From Octopus sinensis (taxonomy: Eukaryota), in the NCBI RefSeq assembly GCF_006345805.1, contig NC_043001.1:20088001-20152000 (forward strand): a stretch of 64,000 nucleotides of DNA, in the 5' to 3' direction. Position numbers and translations under genes: made by a program. Below the pieces are notes generated by a model, which did no database searches, was not told the origin of the DNA, and saw only the letters and a list, made by a program, of their open reading frames with translations. Shown here piece after piece: positions 1 through 13,970 of the stretch (positions are counted from its first letter, which is position 1; each line of letters starts with the position of its first letter).

Positions 1-825
1 TGACCTTGTAAAAGGTCAATAAACTACCTATTGTACTGCACACTTATTGAAAAGACTATTATTCTAGGTGAAATTATAGTCATGTTGAGGATAGAAGCTG
101 TTCAGGAGTGGTAATTAGAAATAGTTGTATGTAATATGTGTGAGGTGTATGAGATTTTTATGTGTAATTCATTGTAAAGGTGGATGTTTTTAGTGTTTGA
201 AGATTATTAATAGCTACTTTGTTGTCAGAATTTGTTGATCTTTGTTGTATGTATAAACTTGTAAACTGCTAAGATTATAAATGGAACATAAAGTGTATTT
301 TGTGTCAAGTCGTTTATTGATGACTAAATTGGCTCTCTCAATTTGCCTGATAGGAGGGTTCCTAAAATGTCCAGCAGGATAAAAACAAGGGATAATGGAG
401 GAACTCAATATAGGGTCAAAAATAATCTGACAATAGCATGGTGACTTAGAAATTCCAGGTTAGTACAAAGAATGATGCTGGAAGACCTCAGGGATTAATC
501 TTACTCTTTAGCTTTTGTTAGAGAGGAGTCAGTGCTGTGGCTACAGCTACACAACTGGGTGAATGATCTGTGTATGATAGCCTTAGAAGGCAACCAGACC
601 AGGAGAAGGACAACTCTGAGCACAAATCCTCAGTACTTGTGAGTATCTACAAAGAGGCAAAGGCTAAGCAAGTCAACCCCGACAGTAAATTAGGTCAGAA
701 GACCAATGACACATTCATTGAATCTTCAGGACCCTGGTCCTAAGCCACGACCATAGGAATATTCATATATTCAAAGAGTATAATGCCTGTATCTCACTCA
801 ATTTCAAAAGCTGAACCAGCTTAGA

Positions 826-1080
826 CAGTGGTTCTTAAATTTTTTGACTTGGTAATAATTTGAAGTCAAATAATAATAAAAAAAAAATTTACTGCTGCAC
901 TTTCCATGGAAAGTTTAAAAATACTGTTTTAAAGTTCATTAAAAAAAATATATAGGTAATCATACTTGTATAAAACAAAATTATGAATTATACAGTTTTA
1001 AAGATAATCATTAATGTCAGTATCCTTAAGTCTTAAATTACATTTTTGATAATTCATGACACACTATTTGAGAACCATTG
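826..1080. mobile_element. hAT-type MITE
   Basis: TIRs CAGTGGTTCTTAAAT / rc CAATGGTTCTCAAAT. Near-matching flanks gcttaga / gctaaga. Confidence 0.7.
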
Positions 1081-1099
1081 GCTAAGACCTACTTAGAAT

Positions 1100-1725
1100 T
1101 TCCTTCCAGCTAATTAATCTTCCTAGTGAGATAGTGGCAGGAAAAGTACTTGACCAAAAGTAAGCCATTGTACTTAGCCTTCGTCAACCTGGAGAACGTT
1201 TTTGACTGTTCCCTGCTCTGTTATATAGTGGTCTCTAAGGAAGGTAGGAATAAAGGAGTGGCTTGTTAGAGCTGTATGAGCCATGTACAGTGGTGCTGTT
1301 AGCCATGAATACAGTGATGAATTTAGCATACAGGTAGGGGTTCACCAGCGCTAGCCCACTCTTATTCATTGTAGTCCTCCAGGCCATAACAGAGGAATTG
1401 CAATATGCTGATGACCTTGCTCTTATTGTAGAATTTTTAGCAGAACTGGAGAAGAAATTTCAGGTATAGAACCAAATCCGGAAATCAAAGGGCCTAGCAA
1501 AGACTAAAGTTGTTGTTAGTAAGAAAGAAGATAAAACTCTTTCTGTCAGGTAAATGGGCTTACTCTATATGTAAGAAAAGAGTTGGAAGAAATTCCATTT
1601 GCTGCACCCTGTGTACACATAAAAGGTGCAGTGGAATCACAGGTAGATTAACAGATAAAGTTGTCTTTATATGTGACAGATGTGCAGAAACAATAAGCAC
1701 TAAGATTACACGAGATTTAAATTCT
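1100..1725 (+). mobile_element. RTE-clade LINE ORF2 fragment (RT, frameshifted) with a PHD-like Cys/His insert
   Basis: AFVNLE...FD, QVGVHQ and YADD (1404-1415) RT motifs, followed by SICKKRVGRNSICCTLCTHKRC...CDRC. Confidence 0.8.
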
Positions 1726-2519
1726 CTCAAATGCCCAGTAGCTTCATATGTCTCAAGCATTGTGCTAGGGAGCACATCACCAACAGAAGTGAGCATAACA
1801 GCAACTGTTGCACCCTTAACAAGTCCACCTCAGCTGTTACTACCCAAGTCAGTGGGTATACAGATACAGACTGGATGGGCAGCAAGGAAGTCAAATCTAT
1901 ACATTGCATCTCACCAATGACTTGCATGTCAAAAAGACTTCTATTAAGGCTGACCTGGGGCTACACAACAACATTAAAAGCATATCAAGAATTCAAGAAT
2001 ATTGTGAAACAATTTTGGCTTAAGCAGTAGTGAAGGCACCCACCCTCAATAGCACTCATGAAAATCTTGTGTTAACATGGAGTTCCAGAGAACAAAATGT
2101 ATTTTCTCTTTGACTTTCATGTAATATGGGATCACTGAAGCTTGAGAGGGATACATCACTATCATCATTTAATGTCTGCCTTCCATGCTGGCATGGTTTG
2201 ACAAGAGCCGGCCAGATAGAAGCCTGCACCAGACTTCTGTAACTGCTTTAGCAGGATCTGGACAGCTTGATACCCTTCCTAACACCAACCACTCTGCAGA
2301 GTGGGCTTAGTGCTTGTTGCATGGCACAAGCACAGACAAGGTCAGTTTGAGCAAGGTTTTTACAGCTTTCATTACATATTTTCATTAAATTTCTTTAAAA
2401 TATTTCTAAATAAAAGGCAGTAATGAGACAAGGATTTCTTGCTTTTGAATCAAGAATTTTTTATTATTATAATTTTTAATTTTATTTGAGACATTTGCAT
2501 GATGGGGATCAATAAATTA

Positions 2520-3900
2520 TCAATGATTCCGTAAAGGAGTTAAATGATATAAGACCTCTGTTGTTGAGGGTTAGTAGATGTTTGAAACCGCCAGTATTTT
2601 CTGGTTCCAGATATGAATACCAGTCTTTGAGATACTATCTTTGCTATATCGAGGATATATGTTTACCATGAGAGATTTTCAGCAGAGGTGTAGTAATTGT
2701 GGGGGTTCTAGTTGTTCATGCTAGGAGAGGTGAAGTATAATAATGTTTTCTTAATATGTGCAGTGAGCGTTTTTGTTTGCTGTTGAGGTGCCAGAATTAG
2801 TATGACTCCCACCATTGGAGGATATTTTTGAGGTCTCTGTTCATAGACACTGCAGATTTGGTGTTGGGTGTCTAGATTGCATGTGAATAATACTTGGTTG
2901 CTAATTACTCTTATATAGTGTTTTACTGTTTGTTTTATATTTGGTTTGATATGTGTTATCTATCTGCTTTTGTATGTTTTATTTTTATTTCCTTGTTTAG
3001 CTGTTTGGTGCCTTGTTTTTATCTCACTGGTGCGTACTGTTTGACATGAGGTATTTTTGATATGTAACGGAGGGTATATTTGCTTATGTTGCCTTATTTA
3101 TTTATTTTCCATACATCTTTAATTATCTTGAATATGTACAGTAGTGGTGGTTATGGTGTTATTAGATTCTGAACTCAGTATTACTGTTTCTTGGCCAAAC
3201 TTGCTTCATTATGAGGTGTTTCTTTTTTTTTTTTTTTTTTTGATGTTTGTGAAAGTGTTTTGTTTTCCTTTCTTTCTTCACTGACATAAGTGTATTCCAT
3301 TGATAATTGATGAATGGTCCGAAGAGAGTTGGGAGATTGTTTGCCAACTGTTTGTGGAGCAGAAGGTGATCACCAAAGAAGACTTATTGTAGTTGATTTG
3401 GTGAGTGTGCGTGTGTGTGAGAGCCTGGGTTAATTTGATGTAAAAGGAGTTCAGCTGTGATGCTTTTACGTTACCTCTTGTCGTAAGTAGTGCACTTCTT
3501 GAAAGTAGTACATGTTGCAGTACATTGAGGTTTCCCCCATTTATTGTGTTTGTGAAAGTGTTGTAGTTGGAGGAGTGAGTAACCTGGGGGGACCAATGGG
3601 TGTGATTGGTGATGTGATATGTTTAATTATTATATTAAAGTGCTTCATGTTGCTAATTTCTATATTGAAAGCTAGCATTTCTTGTACAGTGTCATCTCTC
3701 ATTAGTTTATGAAATGTCATTTGTGATATCTATATCCTGAATGCACGATATTATACATGTTATAAGGCTTCCGTCGTGATAGGGTCTGTCAAATCTGGAG
3801 TGTAATTAAGAATGTGTGATATTCTGTGTTGAGTTAATATTGTTTCCTGAATTATTACTACGTGGAATGTCGTGTACAATGATAAAATCTTACTTTCATG
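2520..3900 (-). mobile_element. Heavily decayed LINE ORF2 (AP-endonuclease to pre-RT region)
   Basis: Remnant peptides IIQETIL, GSLITCI, GGNLN and ...KHL...FN in different frames. Strong G/T strand skew. Confidence 0.45.
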
Positions 3901-6203
3901 TATTTTGATGCCATTAATGTTATTATTAAAAAAATTTTTTTTGTCAGTTTCACAAATATTTTTTTTATGTGGTGTGAAGTCTTGTTAGTTTTTTTTTTTT
4001 TCTCTTTTTAATATAATCTGTACAGACTTGTGATGTTGTGAAGTTAGATAATAATGGTATTTTCTGTTTTTACTGTTGCTGTTGTTATTGTTTCTATAAT
4101 TTTGTGCATATTTTGTTGAGATTTTGTAAATAGTGTTATTTGATTCTTCCTTTGAGTATTTTAGAAAAAAAAAATTTTTTTTTATTTATGAATTTTAGCT
4201 TTTCATGTAGATATTGCATCTGTTGAATTCTGATAGTGTCCACATATGGAAAAGATACAAATTGACATTATTCAGAGTATTATTTAATGATTCGGTTGCC
4301 TGCTGTTACAGTTTAAGTAACTCCATAGAGGCTTCTTCATTGGTTTGTCAATTCCTGATGTTTTTACCCCCCCCCCAGGCTAAGCCTAATAGGGTAAATT
4401 TATAATCAGACATTCCAGCTATGACTATCCCACCTTTTTAGGCATATATGGGACAACATTATCCAATGTGTGTTCTTACATATGACAGTAAGATGTAAAT
4501 TGAGGAAAATTGGCTGCTATTTCTAGCAGAGTTAGTATTGAGGCTCCCTTACTGGTCCTGATGTTTTAACATTTGATATTCCCACCCACCATTTGTCTTA
4601 ATATATGAAATCTAAAATTGTTATTTAATGTCCATTTTTCCGTGCTTGCATGGATCAGATGGTATCTTTTGAGGTAGATTTTCTACTACCAGATGCCCTT
4701 CCTGTCACCAACCCTTACCTGTCCCTAGCAAGGTAATATTTACCCTGTGACCAGGCATGTTTTTCACAGAAGACTGGAAACAAACAAACCACACTTGTAT
4801 GTCATTGATGCTCATTTACAAACATCATATGATATCAAGACAAGACAAAGGCGCACACACACACGACATGCTACTTTAAGTTTCCACCTCCCAAATCCAC
4901 TTACAAGGCATTTTTCAGCCCTGGTTATAGTAGAAAACATTTACCCAAGACCTCATGGTTGGGAAGCAAGCTTTTTAACCATACAGACACAGCTCTGACA
5001 ATAGCCATAGCTATACTTATATAAATTGTAAGTTAAACTATTCCTTTGTTTTCATTTTAATACATGAGGCAAGAATCATATTTATAATCTATCTGGTTCC
5101 AAATTTTGCACTCAATTGTTGGCTCTGGCAAGTTTTGTAATAAATGTTTCTTCAAGATTTTCACTTATCAAAATAGAGGGGAAATTGTTCTGTTTTGTAA
5201 TTAAAAGGAAATGAAAAGCAACTCTAGATGAGAAAATATAACACCAAGTGTATTACTTTCTCAAAATCTTCTGTTAACTTTATGATAATTAGTTGTAACA
5301 TGTAGAAGGTTGAATTTTATATCAATTGTAATCTAAAAATATACCAGAGTAATCTGAAAAGTCCATCTCATTAATTCCAGTTTAATTTATAAATTACTCA
5401 TTAATGACTTTTTACATAGTCCCTTTTTAATAACTGCAGTGAAATAAGAGTCTCTTTTCTTCATACTGAAAGCTTCATTCTAAGTAAAAGGAATGTGACG
5501 CATGAAGTAGCTTCAGCTGAAATCTTTTATATTTTGTTGCCTACATAATTGTTGCAGGCTAAATTTATATCACACCCTATACATACCTAATGTTTGTGGC
5601 AGTCTAAATTTATCTGTATTCATTTAAAAATATTCATCTGCCTTAATATTCAGCTATTTATCACCTGATTTTAGTTGGAATGTTATAATAAATACATAGT
5701 AAATATTATATAATAAAAATATATCTTGTTTATATATTTCTTCATTACTGCTGAATTTTTTTAGACACTTCTACTTTTTTTTTTACATATCACGCATAAA
5801 GGCATGCATATACTTTGTTAAATGCCTCTGTGAAATGCCATTGAAATGAAACTTCACCTTAGTTGAATGTAGATAGCTAAGAGCTAATTAGTGGAGGTGG
5901 TTACTATATGAAAGTGAGGGAGTTTTTTTTTGGGGGGGGGGTTCTCTTCTTCCTTAATCTTTAATGCTATAAAAAAAAAAATGTTTGGTGGTGGAACAGA
6001 AAGTCAGATTTTTAAAATATTTCTAAGCCTGTGTTATAAATCACAGGAATACAGGATGTAATGTATGCGTGAACAAAAAAGTACTTTGTCACATACTACT
6101 CAGGTACCGTCACTTAAACAGTTGTCTTCTACTATTGAATTATTATTGTTAGATTATTCTTCACTTTGAACCTCAAATCTCCCCTTCTTGCATTATTGTA
6201 AAC

Positions 6204-7937
6204 CATCATCGTCATTTAATGTCTGCTTTCTATGCTGGCATGGGTTGGACGATTTGACTGAGGACTGGCAAGCCTGAAGGCTGCACCAGGCTCCAATCTG
6301 ATCTGGCAATGTTTCTACAGCTGGATGCCCTTCCTAACACCAACCACTCCAAGAGTGTAGTGGGTGCTTTTACGTGCCACTGGCATGAGGACCAGTCAGA
6401 CGGTACTGGCAACAACCACGCTCAAAAGGTGTTTCTTTACATGCCACCTGCACAGGAGCCAGTCCAGTGGCACTGGCAACAGCCATGCTTGAATGCTGTT
6501 TTTCACGTGCCAACTGCATGGGAGCCAGTAAGGCTACACTGGCAACGATTATGCTCGGATGTTGCTTTTCATATGCCACTGGCATGGGAGCCAGTCAGCG
6601 ACCCTGGCAATGATCACGCTCAGATGGTGCTTTTAATGTTTCACTGGCGTGAGTGCCAATCAGGCGGTACTCTAATCAGCCACATCAGTGATTTTGATTT
6701 CATTTGCTTCAACAAGTCTTCACAAGCAAAGTTTATTGTCCAATGAATGAAGGGTACTCATAAGTGGGCTGGTTATACACCACTGGTATAGGCCACGAGT
6801 TATGGTCTCACTTGGCTTGTTGGGTCTTCTCAAGCACAGCATGTCTCCAAAAGTTTCGGTCACTAGTCATTGCCTCAGTGAGGCTCAATGTTCGAAGGTT
6901 GTGCTTCACCACCTCATCCCAGGTCTTCCTGGGTCTACCTCTTCCACAGGTTTCCTCAACTGCTAGGGTGTGACACTTTTTCCCACAACTGTCCTCATCC
7001 ATTCGCAACACATGACCATACCAGTGCAGTCGTCTCTCTTGCCCACCACATCTGATGCTTCTTAAGTCCAACTTTTCTCTCAAGGTACTTACACTCTGTC
7101 ATGTCTGCATACTGACATTAAACATCCAGCAGAGAATAGTGGCTTTATTCTTTGCAAGCTTATGCATATCCTCAGCAGTCACAGCCCATGTTTCACTGCT
7201 GTGTAGCATGGCTGTTCGTACACATGCATCATACAGTCTACCTTTTACTCTGAGCGAGAGACCCTTTGTCACCAGCAGAAGTAGGAACTCTCTGAACTTT
7301 GCCCAGGCAATTCTTATTCTAGCAACTACACTTTCAGAGCATCCACCCCAGCTACTGACTTCGTCACCTAGGTAACGGAAGCTATCAACTACTTCTAGTT
7401 TTTCTCCCTGGAATGTGACAGAAGTTGTTCTCTGCACATTTTCAGTGTTTATTGCTCCTGAGCATTTGCCACATACAAAAACTATCTTCCCAATTAGCCT
7501 TCCTTTGATATTGCTGCATCTCCTATGTGTCCATAGCTTACACTGGGTACAGCTTATGGAGTTTCTCCCTATGCTTTTTCTACAGATCGAGCTAGGCCTG
7601 AAGGGATTTGTGGTTTGTCTGCCTTCCTACTTATTAAGACTTTGGTTTTAGCTAGGTTGACCTGAAGGCCCTTTGATTCTAATCCTTACTTCCACACCTG
7701 AAACTTTTCCTCTAGTTCTGGTAGTGACTCAGCAACTAGAGCAAGGTCATCAGCATAGAAAAGCTCTCAAGGGCATCCTGTCTTGAATTCCTCTGTTATT
7801 GCCTGGAGGACTTATGATGAATAAGAAGGGGTTGAGGACTGATCCTTGGTGGACCCCTACTCCTACTTGGAATTCTTTACTGTACCGACCAACCCTCACC
7901 TTACTGACAGCATCCCTGTACGTGGCTTGCATGTACT
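6204..7937 (-). mobile_element. 5'-truncated RTE-clade LINE: RT, C-terminus, ~600-bp 3'UTR, (GAT)n tail
   Basis: GVHQGSVLNP, YADD (7746-7757), FRYLGD, WYGHVLR and GRGRPRKTW motifs. 3'UTR contains GTTAGGAAGGGCATCCAGCTGTAGAAAC. Confidence 0.92.
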
Positions 7938-8541
7938 ATAATAATAGATGAAGAAAATGAAATCATTTCAGAAATCTTGGTTGGTATTTGGGATGGACAT
8001 GTGTAACAGGTGTGTGTTGGCTTAAATTCTTTTCATAAATTACAATTTCAAAAATCTTTGTAAAATTTTGGTCATTATCAAGTGGTTAAGCCATTGGTGC
8101 TTACTTGACATACTTCATTGGGTTATCGTTTGAAACAGTTCTAATATCATTATGTAAATAATATCTCAGTATGTTGGTCTATACTGTAGGTCACTCACAG
8201 ATCAGATTTCTGAAACTAGTCCACTAGCAGAATCCAAAGTGCCAAAGATATTTCCAAAGATGGTATGACTGATGTTATGAGGATCACTTACAAATACTGT
8301 TGGATAGTTTCAGTGACCCCTATACATAGCAAGACATCAGGGAGTAGTGTAAATCTAAGTTAGCATTTATGAGTCAATTTTCTTTAGTACAAGATGATAG
8401 TCTGTCTAAAGTACTCCCCCCCCAATCTTGTCCGGCAAACAGTAAACACAATTATATTTTAGTTAAATTCAAGACAATAAGTTAATGTGTGTACAGTTTT
8501 AAAAAGATGTTTTAGTTGTATTTTCATACTATATCTATCTG

Positions 8542-8737
8542 CAGTGCAGGTGGCACGTAAAAAGCACCCACTACACTCTCGGAGTGGTTGGCGTTAGGAA
8601 GGGCATCCAGCTGTAGAAACATTGCCAGATAAGACCGGAGCCTGGTGCAGCCTTCTGGCTTCCCAGATCCCCGGTCGAACCGTCCAACCCATGCTAGCAT
8701 GGAGAACGGACGTTAAACGATGATGATGATGATGATG
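8542..8737 (+). mobile_element. Short RTE 3'-end copy with (GAT)n tail
   Basis: Same 3' end as 6204-6400. 9-bp TSD ATCTATCTG (8533-41 / 8738-46). Related short or decayed copies at ~2160, 13475, 14999, 23330, 24200, 36546, 41430, 46303, 51083 and 54867. Confidence 0.9.
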
Positions 8738-9136
8738 ATCTATCTGTAACATTTCCAAGTGTCTACAGCATCAGATATGCATGGTAGTTTTTTTTTGTTT
8801 TTCTTTTATGCGAACATGATACAAAACTAGAAAATGCAACTGTATATACCAGATAGCAATTATCAGCTTTTTTTCTTTTTTCATTTTTCTGTTTTTTTTA
8901 CTCTGTTGGGTGGAAGACAGGATAAATGACATCCAAAACATATCCATATTTTATATTTAATATTTGAAATAATTCTTATTTTCTTTTATTCTCTAAGAAT
9001 AGTTTATCAATACCAACAGATTTAATTCTTTTTTCAGATTTATTGATTTTGCATGGTTTGAATTTCCACTGATGTTCATTTTCTTTTTTTTTTTTTTTTT
9101 ATTTCTATTTTCCAGTGAGTTGGTACATCGGCGACC

Positions 9137-9218
9137 ATGGGGAAGTTATTTTCAAAGATATTTGGAAATAAGGAAATGAGGATATTAATGTTGGGTCTTG
9201 ATGCAGCAGGAAAAACAA
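9137..9218 (+). CDS. ARF6: ARF6 coding exon 1 ([27 protein letters not shown] + 1 nt)
   Basis: GCGACCATGG Kozak context, Gly2 myristoylation site, P-loop GLDAAGKT. Upstream acceptor (T)n...TCCAG at 9114-9115 gives a 21-nt 5'UTR part from 9116. The four exons join in frame: 82+104+199+143 = 528 nt = 175 aa + stop. Confidence 0.98.
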
Positions 9219-10323
9219 GTATCCTTTAATGTAAACGTTGCTGGTTTTAAGGATATTCTTTTTACTTATATATGTTTTAACTTGGCTGGGTTTTTTAAAA
9301 CTTTATTTTGCATTTGTTATTAAATAAGCAATTTTTGTCCTCCTATATGATATCTAGAATTTCAGAAAAGCAGTATTGTACAAGTTACATTGTCTTTATT
9401 GTAGCAACCAAAACGTTCATTTCATGATTGTCAAATCCATGATTGAAATACTGGAAAGAAACAAAGCCTTAAAACTTTAATCTGTAAAGTAATTTCACTG
9501 TCTAAATATTTTCATTACTACATACCATTGTTATTCAGCACTGATGTAATTTCTTAATTCTTCATTATCAAGAATTAATATTTTCTTAAAATTTCGTTTT
9601 AGAAAGTCCTTTACTAATTTGGACAATATTCTAGTGTGTGTGTGTGTGTGTGTGTGTGCGTGTCTTTCTTTCTTTGTATTTTTCATGATTCAGGCACGTG
9701 AAAAGGGCAGTTCTTATGGCAATCAGAGACTGGCAACATTTATGTACATCTGTAATTCTAGATCTGCAGAAGAGCATGGGAAGAAAGGGAATTCCAGAGT
9801 CTAAGAAGGAAGGATTGGGTATTATGACTGGTGTGAGATTAAGAAAGAGAGAGAGATGCTGTATGGGTAGTAAAAAGGGATTAGTGGACATGGATTAAGT
9901 TTTGTGAACAGCTAGCTAGTTCAGAAGAGCAGAAGCTCTTATTGGGATAAAATGTTATAGTGATGTGTATTGATGAGTTAATCAGACAGATGGCCCTCTT
10001 TTGGATACTTTGTAGGATGTGTGTGTGGCAGCAACAACACCTTTGCAGAGGGTGAGAGCAGTATTTTACTGTTAGTCTTAGACTTTATTAAGAGTAAGAG
10101 TTAGCTGATCAAGTATTTCCTGATCTGGGATGCAGTCTTTTGATAAGTTATGTATACGAGATCACCAAAAGGATCATCAGAGATTGTGAAGGATTAGCAC
10201 TTGTAACAACTGTTTAATTGCAAGATTAGAGATTAGAAATGGTGATATTATTCCATGCAGTGGTCATATCTTCATTCTATTTAAGAGACAATTATCATGC
10301 TCCCATTGGGGAATTCTGTTTAA

Positions 10324-10506
10324 CCATTTAGCTTTCAGATTACTCTCTCAAATGAAATACTTATTTATTCACCTTGTTTTGAATTAACAATGTGATTGTC
10401 TTCTTTTTGAATGACATTGTAGGGTATGTGCAAGAGGTTGGACCTGGCCTTTTTGAACATAAAGCACAATATTTGGGCCAGTATATCCAGTTTAAATGCT
10501 AAAGGG
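10324..10506. mobile_element. piggyBac-type MITE
   Basis: TTAA on both flanks (10320-23, 10507-10). TIRs CCATTTAGC / rc CCCTTTAGC. Confidence 0.7.
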
Positions 10507-10854
10507 TTAAGGTAGTGCTGGTTTAACATGATACTTTGGGGTTGATTGTGTGTGGATTGTGGATAACATCTGTGTGTAGAAGATTAAGGAGGACTGAAGA
10601 AAGATTGTTAGAAGTAACAGCAGTCAGGTTAATATACTGAAGGGAAGCTGGACAGTTCAAAGTTGCAGGTTAGAGAGAGCTGTGTGCATACATGTTGCAA
10701 TTGTATAATCAGACAGGAAATGTACATATATACATATTTTCTGATTAGAGTTTTAGAGTTAATTTTTACCCCAACAGCTTGCTTGATCAACCTGAAGAAA
10801 ACAAAAAAAAAGTTTTTTGTTATTTGCATGATGATTTATCCTTAGAGCTTAAGG

Positions 10855-11002
10855 CAGGAGTCTGCAAACTTTTTAGACCATCAACCCCCTGGCATGTACA
10901 AGAAAATAAATAAATGATAATGAAGTAGATGTGCATTTATTGACCCCTTGAGTAGTCCCATCTATCCCCAGGAGTCAATATTGACCATTTTGGAGACCCC
11001 TG
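10855..11002. mobile_element. hAT-type MITE
   Basis: TIRs CAGGAGTCTGCAAA / rc CAGGGGTCTCCAAA. Perfect 8-bp TSD GCTTAAGG (10847-54, 11003-10). Confidence 0.85.
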
Positions 11003-11559
11003 GCTTAAGGTCTTGCAGGTCTCATCCTAGATTTAATGATCATATGTATCTTGGATTATGGAGCTGTTCTTTACTAAGAATCTAAATTTGACAATAAATT
11101 GTTCCCAGCAACTTGTATCTTGACATTTTAATGATAAGTTATAAGGCTATAAACAGGGTTTATAATCTTCTCTCTGCTTTTTTAAAAAAAAATTTTTAAT
11201 AGTTTTTTTTTTTTTTTACTGCATTAATGGTCCTTTGGCATCTGGCTTCCATATCAATGTATTTTGTTTTTTTCTGGTGATCTAAAGCAATATAAGGCTG
11301 ATTTATGTTTTAATGGGATAACTGTTTTTATTTTTATTTTTAGGTTATTCTCATATTCTTTTGATCTATTAGTCTTTATTTTTGTTTGTCTTTCATTGGT
11401 TATTTACTATTTTATCCCTGATTGCCATGGATACTACATCATATGTAATTGGGAAATAGGACCTTATCCTATCACAATGATGTGGCTAATGTCTTCAATT
11501 TTTACATACCTTGTATTCAGCTGTCAGCTGTTAACTTTTGTCTTTTGTTTAAAAGGTTT

Positions 11560-12290
11560 TTAGCGGGGACATGTTGACAGCCCATGGCAGTCTTTTAGTA
11601 TGATTTACTCTCTCCATGTTATGCAATTTTCATTTCAATTTCTCATATACAACCTTTTCAGTGAACTGGTCTAGTTTTTGTTTTTATTGTTATATTAGGT
11701 AAGATTTATCCTTATAAAGTTGTTAGTTTCATGTTTGTATACTTCTGAAATATTGTTACTGAGGATATTTCTCTATGAAAGACGTTGCTTCTCTGTTACT
11801 ACCAAATTAAGCTTCAGTCTATTTTCTTGTGTGGAGAATATTTGTCTACATCCCCATTGGTGTTGACATTTGCAGTGACTGTATTTTTTAAAACTTTCGA
11901 CCTATTAATTTCTTGACTTCTCCTGGCCATTAAGGCTGATTATGTTTTAATGGGATAACTGTTTTTATTTTTTACATAATGTTATTTTGTCCAAGATACT
12001 TGCTTGCATTTGGCACAATTTTCTCATCTCACCTCCATGAATACAAATGTCACTCAATCATCTGTGGAATGCTGCATAATGAGATCCTATTGCTTTTGAT
12101 CTTGGTCACTGCAGTTGAATTTCATCTGCAGAAAACTGCGGGCAATATTTCTAAATTCAGAGTATCCATTTCTACAATCAGCTTTTGTGAAATTGTATAA
12201 TAATGGGTTCAAGGAAAAGACAAAGAGCACCACTGGTATGCAATCACCTTGCAGGACACCTTTTTTGGTAATGAATATATACATACATAT
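11560..12290 (-). mobile_element. Decayed non-LTR RT fragment, R4/Dong-like
   Basis: KKGVLQGDCIPVVLFVFSLNPL (RT motif 4), GY, an out-of-frame ADE where the DD catalytic motif is expected, then NCAK. Confidence 0.45.
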
Positions 12291-13970
12291 GTAAATACCA
12301 ATTGTCTTTATTTTATGAGCTGTAATGGATATTGTAATGCTAAATCACTTCCCGTAGTGTTGGTTATTCTGTTTGTCATTTTATATCTTTTTTATATTAT
12401 TGAGTTCAATTTACTTTTCTTCATTTGTTTAGTATTACTTAATAGTGGATCTAGGAGTCAGTTGAGGTTGGTTTCTATCTTTATTATATAACTACAAAAT
12501 AGTATTGTTTTGAGACAAAAGAAACCAGTAATTTAGATATCTTGATTGTTGATTCCCTTCGTGTAATATGTAATTTTTATATCTGCATTTTTTCTTTTAT
12601 CATTGTTGTTTGCTCGTAAATCTGGTCAGTAAGGATGGTTTTTCCTTCATTGTCAATCTGACAATGCTAATGGTAAATGACAATGGTGATGCCGACGACG
12701 ACAATGACAACTAATGGTTGCTATCAAGCTGAAATATTTGTAACAATATCCTGCATATCACATAGTTATTATGTGTGACATTTAACAATAAATGTTATAA
12801 AAATGTTGACATATTCCCTATTTTATTTGCAAATGTTGTTGTTGCAAATTCACATTCGTGTATACACACACAAACCAAAGACCTGGTTAAAGCATATGCA
12901 TGCATGCACACATGCACGTGCATATGTGTGTGTACATGCACAGCCACAGGTGCATGTGCATGAATTCAACGATTGACAAAATTTGCAAAGTTCAAAATGC
13001 AACATGTTTCACTTCAAAAATATTTCTCTCTTGAAGTATTGTATTTACTAAAGTCTTAGCTATGAATCTTTGTTTATAATCAAGAAAAGTTTTTCAGGTC
13101 AGAGACAAATTTATCAAATATGGAAAATGAAAATAATTCATTTTACTTTTTTGCACTTGTTTTGGTTTTTGTCCCATTGGCCATGTTAGCTTAATGGATT
13201 ACATCTCTCTCTCAATGCTTTGCTATTTATTTTATTGGCTTTGGTATGAAAGAAGGCAGAGTTAGCCTGGGCAAGATTTAAACTCAGAATCTGAAGGGAC
13301 TTAACCATCAACCACAATGTGTCTGGTCTCAATAGTCTACCTTTTCTACTTTTCACCTACTGATGTGCTCTCGCATACAGTTTTCATCTACCAAATTTCA
13401 CACTCAAGTCTTTATATCAATGTAAGGCTACAGTAGATCTTGCCCAAGGCACCATGTAGCTTTTTATGTAGCACCCAGTACACTCTATAAAATGGTTGGC
13501 ATCGGAAAGGGCATCCAGCTGTAGAAATTGTACTAAAACAATGGAGCCTGGTGCAGTTCCAAGCCTTACCAGTTCCTGTTAATCTGGCCAACCCATTCCA
13601 GCAATGAAAATGGACATTAAATAATGATGATTACAGTCACTATATTAAATTTTCTACTTCACTATTGCCTCAATAATATTGAGGTTACTTCCTCTAGAGA
13701 ATTGCAGTAGCTAAGTTACTCTAATATGTTGGTGGTGGTTTATTTTATTAATTGTGGACAGTCAGTGCAAAATATACCAGTTTAGGTTCAGAACAATGAC
13801 ACTAAATTAGGCTTTGTAAAAGAAAATTAAGTTTAGCTTTAGTTAATTTCTACACAAGAATTGCAAAAACTGTAATTGTATAAAATACTTTGTTTTATGA
13901 TAAATACTTGAGATAACAAAGTGTTTTAGGTTAGAATTGAATATATAATTGTTTGAAAAATTATGAAATA

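Noticed and set aside
1731-2030. Copia RNase H (GYTDTDWMG resembles GYxDADWAG)
   Set aside because: Single motif only, with no other copia domains or LTRs nearby.
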